Shown here one piece after another: positions 1 through 11,232 of a DNA stretch of 33,363 nt. This DNA is from Asterionella formosa (Eukaryota): the NCBI GenBank assembly GCA_002256025.1, contig NKIB01000357.1, positions 1 through 33,363 of the forward strand, written 5' to 3'. The notes beneath the pieces are model-generated. The model saw nothing but the letters and a program-made list of their open reading frames with translations, was not told where the DNA came from and made no database searches. The position numbers were made by a program, and so were the translations under genes. Positions within the stretch are counted from its first letter, which is position 1, and each line of letters opens with the position of its first letter.

Positions 1-215
1 TCAAATGAATTATTTGAAACATCAACTAATTCAGTCTCGCGTTCAAAATTCATTGTGAAAACTTCACATGAAACAGTTAAAACTTCACATGAAACCGTTA
101 AAAGTAATCTTTTTTACGTGAAGAGTGGCATTAATGCATGTGAAGTACCACATAATTAACACTCATACGTAGACGAAATTTCGAAAAGTGGCGTATTTCG
201 CGTCTTAGATGTACA

Positions 216-525
216 TCAAGAAATGCGCCATCAGCGACTTCAATTTTCGTTGTCAGTATGAGTGTTATTACAGTTATTTTCTTACAATTGTATTATTTAT
301 GTCGTGTTAGATATATGCATCCAACAGCAAAGCATCATTCCCATTTTTCGTGGAGAAATTCGCTATTTTCATCATGGTCAAGGTGGTGGAGATGCACAGC
401 ATGATGCAGGATTCTCCAGCAGCCGTTCCCAATAACTACACTGTAGCTAGCGTTTAATAAACCGGTATAGAAAAAAATCGCAACATCTAAGCTAAGTAAT
501 TATATACTAGCATCTACAAGGGCTA
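216..525 (+). mobile_element. Diverged internal fragment of the MITE family seen complete at 11233-11886
   Basis: Aligns collinearly with ~11452-11756, including an identical 22-mer GCGACTTCAATTTTCGTTGTCA (234-255 vs 11482-11503) and shared CATGATGCARGATTCTCC. Confidence 0.75.
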
Positions 526-811
526 CTTGGGGTGCTACCCTGAGCATATATCCTATGTGTGTAGCTAGTCATAGTATATGTGATATGTATGATATTGCAA
601 ATATGCATAGTGGTAACAGTACCCCGGTAAGCTGTTGCATAAGGCGTGATAATGACTGTGACCATGTATTTAGATATAACGTTACTTATGTTCATTGTAT
701 TGGCAAGGCTATCAGGGGCGGCTAGTGGTGGTTGTGTCTATTATGTATATGCTTCATAGACATAAGGGACATCCAGAAAATCTTTTCATATCATCCACAA
801 GTTCTATAATA

Positions 812-1152
812 TCTAATCATTAATTCCTATAGTAGTTTGTTGTTATCATTATACCTGCCTGTTTATTAGTTAGTTCACCAACACAACCAAAAGCACCACC
901 ATTGTCGATCAGCTGGTTGATTGAACATTGCTAGTGGCTTTCTCGTGCTAGATATAGCTATTGTGTTTGAGGGGTATCTCAGTGGCCGATTTTTCCAAAA
1001 TAAGAAAGGAGTAAAATAAAGTGCTATAGGCATTTGTGAGAGGCTCAACAAAATTTGTTAGTGAAACTCGAAGAAGAAGTTTTACCTACAGGAAAAACAG
1101 GTTAAAACAATCCAGAAAACTCGAATGTTTGACTATGGTGAAGGTTGCATGT
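812..1152 (+). repeat. Dispersed repeat, copy A (inverted copy at ~12104-12432); probably transposon-derived
   Basis: Blocks such as ATCATTAATTCCTATAGT, TTGTGTTTGAGGGGTATCTCA, CCGATTTTTCCAAAATAAGAA and GTGAAACTCGAAGAAGAAGTTTTACCTA recur as reverse complements in 12104-12432. Confidence 0.85.
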
Positions 1153-1726
1153 GGTGATCATTGTGGTGATTTCATGGACAAAATATCTCAATTTTTTGCA
1201 CTTGTTCAGGTAGGCACGCCAGGAGTTCGCAGTTGACATTCTCCATTTATGTGAAGGAGCCTGCAAAATGGTGTCACTGCATAAAGTATTTTGTATTGAT
1301 AAAATAGTCTGTTTGGACACTGAATTAATCTTCCAAATGAAATATAATCTCATACCTATAAATATATAAAAGGTGATGCCAGCTGAATGGAGTAAAAATT
1401 AATTTAGCTCGTTCTTTCGATTATTCGTCGACAGCAACTTTTGCGCTTAATTTTGTCTGTAATGTAGTGAGATAGATGGTGAGTTCGAAGTACCTGGTAC
1501 GACAAGTATTGTTGAGTATATAAAGCGCTACAACATTGCTTTACCGGTAGCTAAGGAATAAATATGTTCGTATTTAGCATATTTAGTCCAAAACGGGAAT
1601 TTACTCGATTTTACGTTGGCTCACGTTCAAAATCTTCAAAATGTTGGCTCTCAGTTTTTAGGTGTTATACACAGGGTATGTGTGCATTCTTGCTCAAACT
1701 ATTAAGATTCACAATAAATCCAAACA

Positions 1727-3955
1727 ATGACTACATCTTATGATCTATTATTGGATCGACTCGAGCAAAATACTTTCAAGTATGCCGAGAAGACAGCCAT
1801 AACTTACTTGGCCAGCGGTGCTAAGGGAGGAAAGGTGGAAAAACAGCTGACTTACGGCGATCTTGAGATGCTAACTGATAACCTGGCTCATCGACTGCTT
1901 GAATCTGGCCTGGTCCAAGGCGACCGGGCTGTCCTTGTCTATCCTCCATCGCATGAATACATGATTGCATTCCTAGCCTGCTTGAAAGCAGGAATCATTG
2001 CAGTTCCTGTTTTCCCCCCAAACCCAGCTCGACGTGACACAATCGTTATGTTTGCCAGGATCGTTGAAGGTTGCGACGCGAAATATGCCTTGACTAGTTC
2101 CTCGTACAACCATTTGAAGACGATATCGGGGATTAAGGAGTCATTTTCGAGGTTCAATCGTCCTCCGGTGCCTTGGCCCGAAAATGTGCTATGGCTCATT
2201 ACTAATCATGGTTCCAAGGCGAAAGGTAGCCGAACTCAGTTTATTAAACCTAATCCTGACAGCCTTGCGTTTCTTCAGTACACCTCAGGATCAACCTCGG
2301 CTCCAAAGGGAGTCATGATCACACACGGAAATCTGGCTCATAATTTAACTATTATCACCAACGAATTAAAGGCAGAAGACGATACAGTGGTTGTTTCCTG
2401 GCTGCCACAATATCACGACATGGGGCTGATAGGATCCTACCTTGGTGTCCTATATTGCGGTGGGTGTGGTTATTACATGTCGCCACTCTCATATCTTCAA
2501 CGGCCCATGTTGTGGATTGAAGCCATTTCTAAATACAAGGCAACCCATTTGCAAGCGCCCAATTTTGCCTTTAAACTTACGGCTAGAAAGTTCGATGCAT
2601 CCCAGTACACAAGCGGTCAACTCGATCTATCGTCAGTTCGACATGTCATCAATGCTGCCGAGCCAGTGACGGAAGACAGCATCGAAGAATTTTACAAAGC
2701 GTTTAGAAACCTTGGCTTTGGAGATGTCATAGTTCCAACCTACGGGCTTGCCGAGCACACCGTATTTGTTTGTTCTGGAGGAACGCAGCGAATAGTTTTG
2801 TCCAAGCTAGAACTAGAACGCGATGGAATTGTGATCCTACGAGATGCGTCAGACCATTCTGGAGGCTCTAGTCGCCTCATTGGTTGCGGTTTTCCGTCCC
2901 ACCAAGGTGTGGATGTCCGTATCGTGAACCTAGAAAAGATGGTTGAAGTGGGCGAAGATACGGTTGGCGAAATATGGATTCGCTCGCCAAGCAAAGCAGC
3001 TGGATACTACAACATGCCGGAGGAAACAAGATTAGACTTTCATGGCCAGCTGAAAGGTGTCAACACTGGTGATGATGGCTATCTGCGCACCGGAGATCTC
3101 GGTTTTATTCACAAGCAGGAATTATTTATTTGTGGCCGATTAAAGGATCTCATTATTGTTGGTGGGCGAAACTACTATCCACAAGACATTGAGGGGACGG
3201 CCGAGGCTTCTTCGGAATCGCTAAGGCCGGGTTGTTCAGCTGCCTTTACGATTGACCTCAATCAGGCGGATGGGGAAGAAATTGCCTTGGTCCTCGAATT
3301 GAAGGAAGTTCCTCAAGGGAACATGCAAGCTACATGTGATCCAATAATTGATGCCATCAATCGTGCTATAAGTCAAGAGCACTCTCTGGGAATCTCACAA
3401 ATTGTTCTGTTGAAACCAAAGACAGTTCCTAAGACGACAAGTGGAAAGATTGCTAGGGCGTGGTGTCGAAAAGCATTCGTTGATAATTCCCTTGACGTTG
3501 TATACCGCAGATCGTTCAAAGAAGGCGGAATGCTCTGTGACGTTGATCTGTTAGAACCAGAAACAATTCTTGGCGAAGGAGAGATAGAAAAGTTGAGAGG
3601 CTTGAGCAACAGTGCGATTCTCGTGAAGTTGCGAGCAGATGTTGCCGTGATGGGTTCTGTTGCCCCAGAGAATGTTGCCGTTGATCAAGCCATGTACACC
3701 AGCCTTGACAGCCTCAATCTATCACAATTCAAAGGCTTATTGGAATCCAAGTATGCAGTCAAAATCTCTGACGAATACCTTTTTCGTGAATCAACAACTT
3801 TAACAAAGCTCATTGAAGTTGTCAAGCTAGGTTACGCCCCCGATGACAGTGGAAACGGTTCGGCACCATCACATACTCAACAACGACATGGAGAAGGAAG
3901 TCTTGCCGAATCTTTGGGGTGCCCTCCAGGTGTAGTTTGCTGTGTTGTGATGTAG
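1727..3955 (+). CDS. Fatty acyl-AMP ligase (FAAL)-type adenylation domain fused to an acyl-carrier-like domain, with C-terminal CAAX motif; 742 aa, intronless
   Basis: AMP-binding motifs FLQYTSGSTSAPKGV, SWLPQYHDMGLIG, YGLAEHT, YLRTGDLG, GRLKDLII, PKTTSGKI. There is an insertion between GLAEHTVFV and LIGCG at the position of the FAAL-specific insertion. The ACP-like LDSL motif has its Ser codon at 3710-3712, and the protein ends CCVVM*. Confidence 0.9.
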   Translation: MTTSYDLLLDRLEQNTFKYAEKTAITYLASGAKGGKVEKQLTYGDLEMLTDNLAHRLLESGLVQGDRAVLVYPPSHEYMIAFLACLKAGIIAVPVFPPNPARRDTIVMFARIVEGCDAKYALTSSSYNHLKTISGIKESFSRFNRPPVPWPENVLWLITNHGSKAKGSRTQFIKPNPDSLAFLQYTSGSTSAPKGVMITHGNLAHNLTIITNELKAEDDTVVVSWLPQYHDMGLIGSYLGVLYCGGCGYYMSPLSYLQRPMLWIEAISKYKATHLQAPNFAFKLTARKFDASQYTSGQLDLSSVRHVINAAEPVTEDSIEEFYKAFRNLGFGDVIVPTYGLAEHTVFVCSGGTQRIVLSKLELERDGIVILRDASDHSGGSSRLIGCGFPSHQGVDVRIVNLEKMVEVGEDTVGEIWIRSPSKAAGYYNMPEETRLDFHGQLKGVNTGDDGYLRTGDLGFIHKQELFICGRLKDLIIVGGRNYYPQDIEGTAEASSESLRPGCSAAFTIDLNQADGEEIALVLELKEVPQGNMQATCDPIIDAINRAISQEHSLGISQIVLLKPKTVPKTTSGKIARAWCRKAFVDNSLDVVYRRSFKEGGMLCDVDLLEPETILGEGEIEKLRGLSNSAILVKLRADVAVMGSVAPENVAVDQAMYTSLDSLNLSQFKGLLESKYAVKISDEYLFRESTTLTKLIEVVKLGYAPDDSGNGSAPSHTQQRHGEGSLAESLGCPPGVVCCVVM

Positions 3956-4547
3956 GAATCTATATAAGACTCTTTGTAGTATTGGAGTTTTCTAGCAGCT
4001 TGTGTTTTGCTGTGGAGTTATTATTAGTTGCTGAAGTCTATCGTCATCCCATATGAATGGATGATCTTTACACATAGCAGAGCTTCTCCGCTGGGCATTA
4101 TTCGTTGACCACCAGTGGGATTACTCCCCACCAGATAGCTGATCATCAAGCCATGATATTTATGTTCAATCCATGCAGTTAGCAAGCAGGTAGCCATATT
4201 GTTATCCGTTTTTGTATGGAGTACCACGCTGGTAAATTGTCTAGTTGAAATATCATTAATCTTACTTTTAAGATCACTTCAGCTGAAAATGTATTTTCAC
4301 TAAACACTTTGAAATATTGTATGCTATCTGTTAATAGTCTATCTAGTTGTGTTCTTGCATGATTACTCAAGTAATCCTGAATTAGACATCTCACACTTTC
4401 CTTGATCACATCATTATGATCTTGCTTGCTTTGACAAAAAATAAACAAGCATCTGAATAAATTTGACAATAAATGAGCATCCCTATTTATTTCAGACTAA
4501 GTAAGCATCTCAATTCATTGTGACAAAGACATTGCATGTCTTGGTTT

Positions 4548-5401
4548 CTAATCGAAAAATATATCGCTCCTTGACTCATGAATTCCATACACTTCATCAC
4601 CCTCCCTGATCTTGAAACTCTCAGCAATCCATGGCCCATTCATTAGGTGAGTTGCATGAGTGACATTCTTTGAGAGTAGGTCTGCAAGATTCTTCAAAGT
4701 ATTCACATGATCAACTCTAAAATCCCCAGCCTTCACCTTTTCTTGAATGAAATCATGATTCAACGCGTACATTGACTTCTTACGCATTTGTTACATAATT
4801 ATTACACATAGTAACATGGCTGGTACTAGCGTTTGTATCTGCTAACCAACATTCATTTTATCATTTGATGCGCAAATTTATTCTCACTGATATTGATGCT
4901 TGCATGATGTGCTTGATTGATTCCTTCATCTGCAATTTCAATCATCACTCCAATAAATTCATATTCTGCCTGTTTCCTCGAATGTAGTGGTGTAGATCTT
5001 GGTTTCGTTAACATGTTCATAATAAAAATGTCAAGGCACTTATTTCGAAACATCACAATCAGTATCATCCTTTTCTTCACAATGAATTTCAATCATTTCA
5101 ACAACATCAACAAACATGACAGTTTATTTCTTTTCCTTTGATTTCTGTTCTTCAGGACAGTCCTTAGCAATGTGTTCAGCGTACTTGTTGCAATTAAAAC
5201 ATTCGACACCTTTTCCGGCCGTTTCTTTGTTTGCACCTTATGTATTGTTCTTAGATCGGCAGTCGGCTGCTTAGTGTTCTTGTTTTCCACGATTCTTCCA
5301 TAGTCCCTTAAATTTACCATTTTCAAACAAAGCAATCTAGTATTTGCTGCCCTTTCTAATTTTAAGAATCTTTTCGTCTTTTTCAGCCTTGAAGTCAGCA
5401 T
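4548..5401 (-). mobile_element. Degenerate, internally deleted Ty1/copia LTR retrotransposon (gag zinc knuckle, protease, RNase H end, PPT)
   Basis: Minus-strand translation gives CFNCNKYAEHIAKDC (5157-5201, CCHC knuckle), WLADTNASTSHVT (4810-4848, copia protease DxGAS-like) and HDFIQEKVKAGDFRVDHVNTLKNLADLLSKNV (copia RNase H C-terminus). A purine tract AGGGAGGG (4600-4607) followed by TG lies further downstream. Stops and frameshifts are present. Confidence 0.85.
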
Positions 5402-7337
5402 TATTTTTATGTCTGTTGCGAATAAGTGAGAGTCCCGGGCACATGTCTCCCCCTCTGGGCATACACTCTAATTATTTTGGCATTTATTTCTGAATGTGCA
5501 ATAGTAATATTTTGTTCCTTGTGAAAACTCTCGTTTCTTTCCCATCACACTCGCTTTAAAAGAGACCATATTTGGTTGGTGGTCAGTTTTGACCATTGCC
5601 AACATTCTTCTGGAGTAGGGGACAGGTCATCCTTGGAGACTTGGACAGCATTGTACCAGTGATTATTTAAGTACCCTCGCAGTGTTAGTCTGACTCCTAC
5701 TAGCTTATCTTGATGACATGGCCATCCTGCACTGGTGAGAATATATTTAGTCCCTTCCATAGTGGGGGCGAAGCAGAGATTAAATGGTGGACCCGAGTTA
5801 TTGATAATATGGGACAGATAGTCTAGCCAAATTGGAGAGATATTCTTCACCACTTTGGATGAATTCATCTTGTCAGAAGATTTTCTGGTGGGCAGTAATG
5901 ATTTTATATGAATGCGACATTTATTTGTTTGCCTTCAAGCCCAGTCGATGTTGATCCATAGTCATCTGAAAAGTCAACCAAATCGGCCATTTCACAAAAA
6001 GGTCTCCAAAATATCGGAATCAGAACTCCTACATATTGAAAATCCTCATCCGTAAAGGGGTCATACTATGAAGGAATCTTTATTTGTAAAATATCTTGTA
6101 TACCGATATCATATTCATTTGCACCGATTTCCACAGATTTAAATAATTCATAAATAATCATCATTGTTGATCAAAATCAGGTCCTGAAGAATTTCCCAGT
6201 TCCAAGGAAATAGCCTCCCCCCCTCAAAGATGAGTAAAACAACCTGCATTAAAATCAAGGACGAAAACCGGTTGAAAAATACCAAAAATTTCCAAAATAA
6301 GGTCGTTTCGTTTCCTGTGTTATGATTTTTGTACTGAATTTTTGTTTTAATTTTTGCCTGTATAGTGGTTCGAATGTAGGAAAACTTAGAAATGTTGCAT
6401 AGAATTTAGTGTTTTGAAAATGTAGTTGCCAATTTTAAATTTCTGTAAATATTATATAGATGGATCTGTACCCTAGAGCAAGCCGCCCAACATGGCACGA
6501 GGATATCATTGCTGACTACCATGACCTGATGTGCTCCTGTTTTGGACCGACAAGTCAGTGATTTAATTAAGCCCATCAAATAGCTGGAGTCATACTACAA
6601 CATTTTTCATATGGTACAAATCATATAATAATTAGTAGATGATCCTTTTTCTCAAATCATTGACCCATTTTATCAAATGATACATATGCTTTGATCAAAC
6701 GTGTAGGATATACGAATCAAACTTTATGAATTACAGATCATACTTTCAGGTTAGAAATGATTGCCGATAACATTAGATGACAAATAAGCATATTGAGCTT
6801 TTTTGATATTTCTTTTAGCATCATGTTCCTACTACTTAAAATTAATTTTAGTCATTCATTTTTATATTAATGACATGAGCCAGCCACTTTTTGGCCAAGT
6901 ATAAAGGCGAGTTTAAGAAAGACTACTACAGTACTACAGCGCTGATCACAGACTTTAGTGGTACATAAGCTACAGGGACCTCCGGGTCCCGATAGTTAAT
7001 AATTCCTAAAAACGAACTGAACCATGAACAAAGCTACCACAATTTTGTTTTAAACTACTTCCACACAAGGAAGTGACTACCAACCAAACCTTTTCACTGC
7101 CCCACCTTATATGGGCCATGGAGGGCAATGACAGCAGCAACTCTAGAAATAGAATAGTAAGAATGCGCTATAAAAATGATTAATAGATATAATGACAGAA
7201 GCCATTTATCAGATGATCAATATGCATTTATCAAACAAATAGGATAAAAACATAAAACTTTAAAAATAAGCAATACTTTCTGGTCCTTGTAAATGATGCA
7301 TGATTGCCAGTAAATATAGGTGCTAAGCAATGGTGGG

Positions 7338-7600
7338 CTGTTTCTACATGACCGTGTTATTGGGTACCTTCCATCACCTATAGATACCAATGTCACCTTG
7401 TTTTTACTACGACAACGTGTTCTAGCATACCCTCCATCACCTATAGATACCAACGTGACCTTGTTTGTACAAGAACATGTTATTGCGTACCCTCCATCAC
7501 CTATAGATACCAATGTCACCTTGTTTTTACAACAATGTGTTCTTGCATACCCTCAAGCACCTACAGCTACCAATGTCACCTTGTTTGTACGAGAACGTTT
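7338..7600. repeat. Tandem minisatellite, ~4.3 copies of a 60/63-bp unit
   Basis: Core CCTCCATCACCTATAGATACCAAYGTSACCTTGTTT repeats; unit starts ~7338, 7398, 7461, 7521, 7581. Confidence 0.95.
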
Positions 7601-8132
7601 TCAAATTTTTCCTTGGTTCAAGCAATATAGGCTGCCTTCAATGTCACCACCAGCCCATCAATATCACGATTAGCCTCCTCCAATGAATCCCAATGTCCCC
7701 TTTGAAGTGCTCAGAAGAAACAGAGTTCATTTATATCATGTTGGGTGAATTTGCCGGTTGCCCTGTTAACTTTCTACTGCTTCCATCCATCCAAATTAGC
7801 TGCGTCTAGAAAGGGAAAACAATTACTTCCGAAATGAGTGCTTACTTGTTGTGTTGGATGTATAGTGCTCTCTTAGAACCGTTCAAATCAACTGGCCACT
7901 TCTCATGAATCGCCAGTATCACAACCTTGATTACAATGTCTGCATACTAGCTAGCTCTGCTTTGTAACCAGTAAATTTGTTGTTATCATTGTCCATGTTG
8001 CTGGCCTATTGATCCAACTCCTGCTAAGCCCTGGAGTCTGCTGAATGAAGGGTCATTCAATGTGCACACTTGTTTTTCGTTGTACCTTGGATGTGCAACA
8101 GCTGAAAGAAGTCAGTTTCAATGCCACTGCAG

Positions 8133-8440
8133 CTACACAGTATACAACATGCTAAAAGCAGATGAAAGAATGGCAAGAATTGACAAGAAACTCATGGAGA
8201 TAGCTAGACCAAAATGACAAAAATCAACCCAGCAACAGTATCATTTAATTGAGTAAGGCTTTTGATGATGTCCACCCATCCAAATCAGATCAAAACAGAC
8301 CGAGTCCGTCCCACCGTACCTACACAGTACATCTTGAACAACAAACAGAGAAAAGAACCACAAGAATTGAAAAGAAACTCATGTAGATAGGCCAAATGAC
8401 GGAAATCCATCCAACAGCATCATTCAGTTGAGGAATGCTC
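8133..8440. repeat. Diverged local direct duplication (~125-bp blocks, period ~187 bp)
   Basis: CTACACAGTA...CAAGAATTGAMAAGAAACTCATGKAGATAG...AAATGAC...CAACAGYATCATTYARTTGAG at 8133-8260 and again at 8320-8440. Confidence 0.8.
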
Positions 8441-8753
8441 AGACAAATCTTAGGAATGACACAATGAAACAAACGAAGAAAAAATCCAGGTTCTCAACCC
8501 ACCTGGAAGACATGTGTTATTCATGGACCTGGCTATGAACACTGATGGCAAAACTTTTTTTACAAGACTCCACCATGAGGGAGTGACCACCGCATAACTC
8601 TCAACCAGCACCCCACCATGTTTTCTGGGCCATGGAGCACGATTAATACAATCCTTTAGCCAGGCTAGCTAGTACTAGTGCGCTTTAAAAATTATTCAAA
8701 TATATTTAACTCCTCCCTCCTGGTGTGAAGTTCGGAAACTGGAAATGCATTCC

Positions 8754-8870
8754 ATACAATTCAGTATTGTCCTCCTGGACCCCCTCAGGTTGCTGGACCA
8801 ACCCCCGCCTGCACAGCATTTTTCTCGAGGTGGCACCAAACACCCAATTAATTTTCAAGACAAAGACAAA
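8754..8870 (-). mobile_element. Diverged right-terminal fragment of the 11233-11886 MITE family, in inverted orientation
   Basis: GTTGCTGGACC and ATTTTTCTCGAGGTGGCACCAAA...CACCCAAT match the reverse complement of ~11785-11888; a degraded TIR (TTCAGTATTGTCCTCCTGGACCCCC) is present. Confidence 0.7.
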
Positions 8871-9627
8871 ACAAAAACATGCTATAATTCTGCTTTCCTT
8901 CATAGGCAGGCACTGGTATAAAATCAGTCAAATTCAGTCACAGCAGTGTACATTGTGTGGTCCAGGAGACTGAATTATGCGGTACGGTCGGTACCTGGTA
9001 TTCCTACCAGGGTACATATGATGTATACGAGCCTTCCATGATGCTGTCGAGCGCTGCTCCGACAATTTAGTTCTAACGGCTACGAGGTCCTACTGAACCA
9101 CCGCCGTTATCTCCGTGTAGCCATGAAGGAAACAGCAGACGGCCGAGGAGCAGGAGTGAATTAATCCCGATAAGCATTGAGCGACAATTATTGCTGTCAC
9201 TCCTATACTTTGCTGATCTGACCGCGCAATTTTGTATTACGAAGAGCGCTTATTTCTTGCGAGTTTCCAGACCTCGGTCACGGCCCTCCGACAACAAATG
9301 ACTCGTTCCTATTTCGATGAAATCTTTGTTATGTAGCTCTCGTCTCATGATCGTCCTGGGGTTTGGATCATCAAAAATATACATGCAATAATACACATTT
9401 TAGTTCTATATGCAATTTTTAATGTACTGAGGGACCTGGTAGCACAATACGTAACAATGAAATGTCCCGGTAGGAGGTCTCAACAGCTTGTGCTCGGCGA
9501 ATGTATAGAGACGAAAATTATCCATAACAATCCAATTAGTTCATACTTTTTCGCGTCATAAAAGGATCCATTTCCTTTCTTCCCACCGTTTCTGTCGCTT
9601 GTACTATTCCCGTGACCTTCAATCACC

Positions 9628-10869
9628 ATGTCTGAACCCACGCCAATGACCAGAGTCCTTATCTTTGGAGGAAAGACCGGATGGATCGGAGGTCTCATGT
9701 ACGACCTCATTGAGAACACAGGTGAGTTCCTTTATCGAACCCTTGTCACGAATCGAATTGAGCATTGGCGAGCTCGCTTCCAGGCTACTGACTCAGATTT
9801 CTGTCGCTATGATAGTCAACCACGTCCGGGATGATTTCATACGTATACGCAATGCAAAATGTCTGATAAAAGATGGTTGGCTCAAGATTTCTCAAGGACC
9901 GACAGGAATGTCAAAGGTGCTTCGCAGAGATTGTGCTAATTCATCTCGACTTTTGTGTACGTCTTATTGTTAGAAATGTCATGTACTCACTACGTTTCTC
10001 TTTTACTCGCAGGTGGCATCGAGGTTTTTAAGGCTGAAAGCCGTCTCGAGAACCGCGAAGAAGTCGAAAAGGAGCTTGATGATATCAAGCCTTCCCACGT
10101 TCTCATGGCTGCCGGTATTACTGGACGGCCAAATATTGACTGGTGTGAGGACAACAAGCCTGAGACTATTCGCACTAATGTAATTGGGACATTAAACATT
10201 GCTGATTTGTGTTACGTTAAGGGAATTCACTGCACCGTTTACGCTACTGGATGTATTTTCAAGTACGATGAAACTCATCCCCTGGGGTCTGGTGTTGGTT
10301 TTGTTGAGGACGACAAGCCAAACTTCGACGGGTCGTTTTACAGCCAAACCAAAGGATATATGGAACCTTTGCTCAGATGCTACCCTACCTGTCTCATTCT
10401 TCGAGTTCGCATGCCTGTTTCCGACGATCTCATTCATCGGAACTTTGTGACCAAGATCGTCAAGTATGAACGAGTCGTCAATATCCCCAACTCCATGACG
10501 ATCTTGCACGAACTGCTCCCTGCCTCTCTCGCCATGGCTCAGGCTGGACTTACTGGTGTATACAACTTCACCAACCCTGGTGTCATTTCCCACAATGAAG
10601 TTCTCGACCTTTATATCAAGTACATTGATCCTACGTACACGTACACAAACTTTTCCTTGGAGGAACAAGCCAAAGTTATCAAGGCCGATCGCTCTAACAA
10701 TGAGCTCGATACTACCAAGCTCATGGCTGATATGCCCGATGGCATTGTGATCAACGACATTAAGACTGCATTCGAGCTTTGTTTCCAGCGCATGCAGAAG
10801 AACCTCACGGAGATGGGATGGCTTCCTGATAACATGCCTGCTGAGTTTGTCCGCCCTCCCAAGGCCTAA
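9628..10869 (+). CDS. NRS/ER: NDP-4-keto-6-deoxyglucose 3,5-epimerase/4-reductase (NRS/ER, UER1-type; L-rhamnose synthesis); exons 9628-9721 and 10013-10869, 316 aa
   Basis: Exon 1 has the Rossmann motif IFGGKTGWIGG. Intron 9722-10012 (GTGAGT...TACTCAC...GCAG) joins in phase 1. Exon 2 has AGITGRPNIDWCE, ATGCIF, YSQTK (YxxxK), LRVRMP, RNFVTKI, YNFTNPG and RSNNELD. Confidence 0.93.
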
Positions 10870-11232
10870 TGGTTGACATTTGCGTCTTTGTTGAAATGGG
10901 ATGGCGAGATCAGCAACTGGATCTTTTTTGGTTCTCTTTTACTTCATGTCCTTGTCTTTTGGATCTCTGCTGCAGCTGAAAAGACCTGAAATCAATTGAA
11001 CTCTGGAATGCGTTTCTATTTTAACCTTCTTAACTTTCATTTTCTTGGCCTATCATATAGTACGTAGGTGTGAAGGATGAAATACTCTCTTGAAAAGTGG
11101 TGACCTTCACAGTTGTGTTTTCCCTCTGATTTGGCAATTCGAGTATGTACTTCTTTGTACTCTCGAATTTTACGACTTCATGCTGATATTCATAGTGAGG
11201 ACATTGATATCACTAGACTACCTGGTACCATA

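Noticed and set aside
5545..5868. 107-aa minus-strand ORF beside the copia relic
   Set aside because: No recognisable motif; it could be TE-derived but cannot be assigned.
7338..7600. CRISPR-like array
   Set aside because: The variable parts are homologous to each other and alternate; it is a minisatellite.
9040..9295. RNase P/MRP, SRP or telomerase RNA
   Set aside because: The conserved boxes, SRP helix 8 and a telomeric template were not found; kept only as a low-interest finding.
10192..10668. Antisense and alternative-frame ORFs inside real genes (also 21377-21973 and others)
   Set aside because: These are shadow ORFs of well-supported coding sequences, with no motifs of their own.
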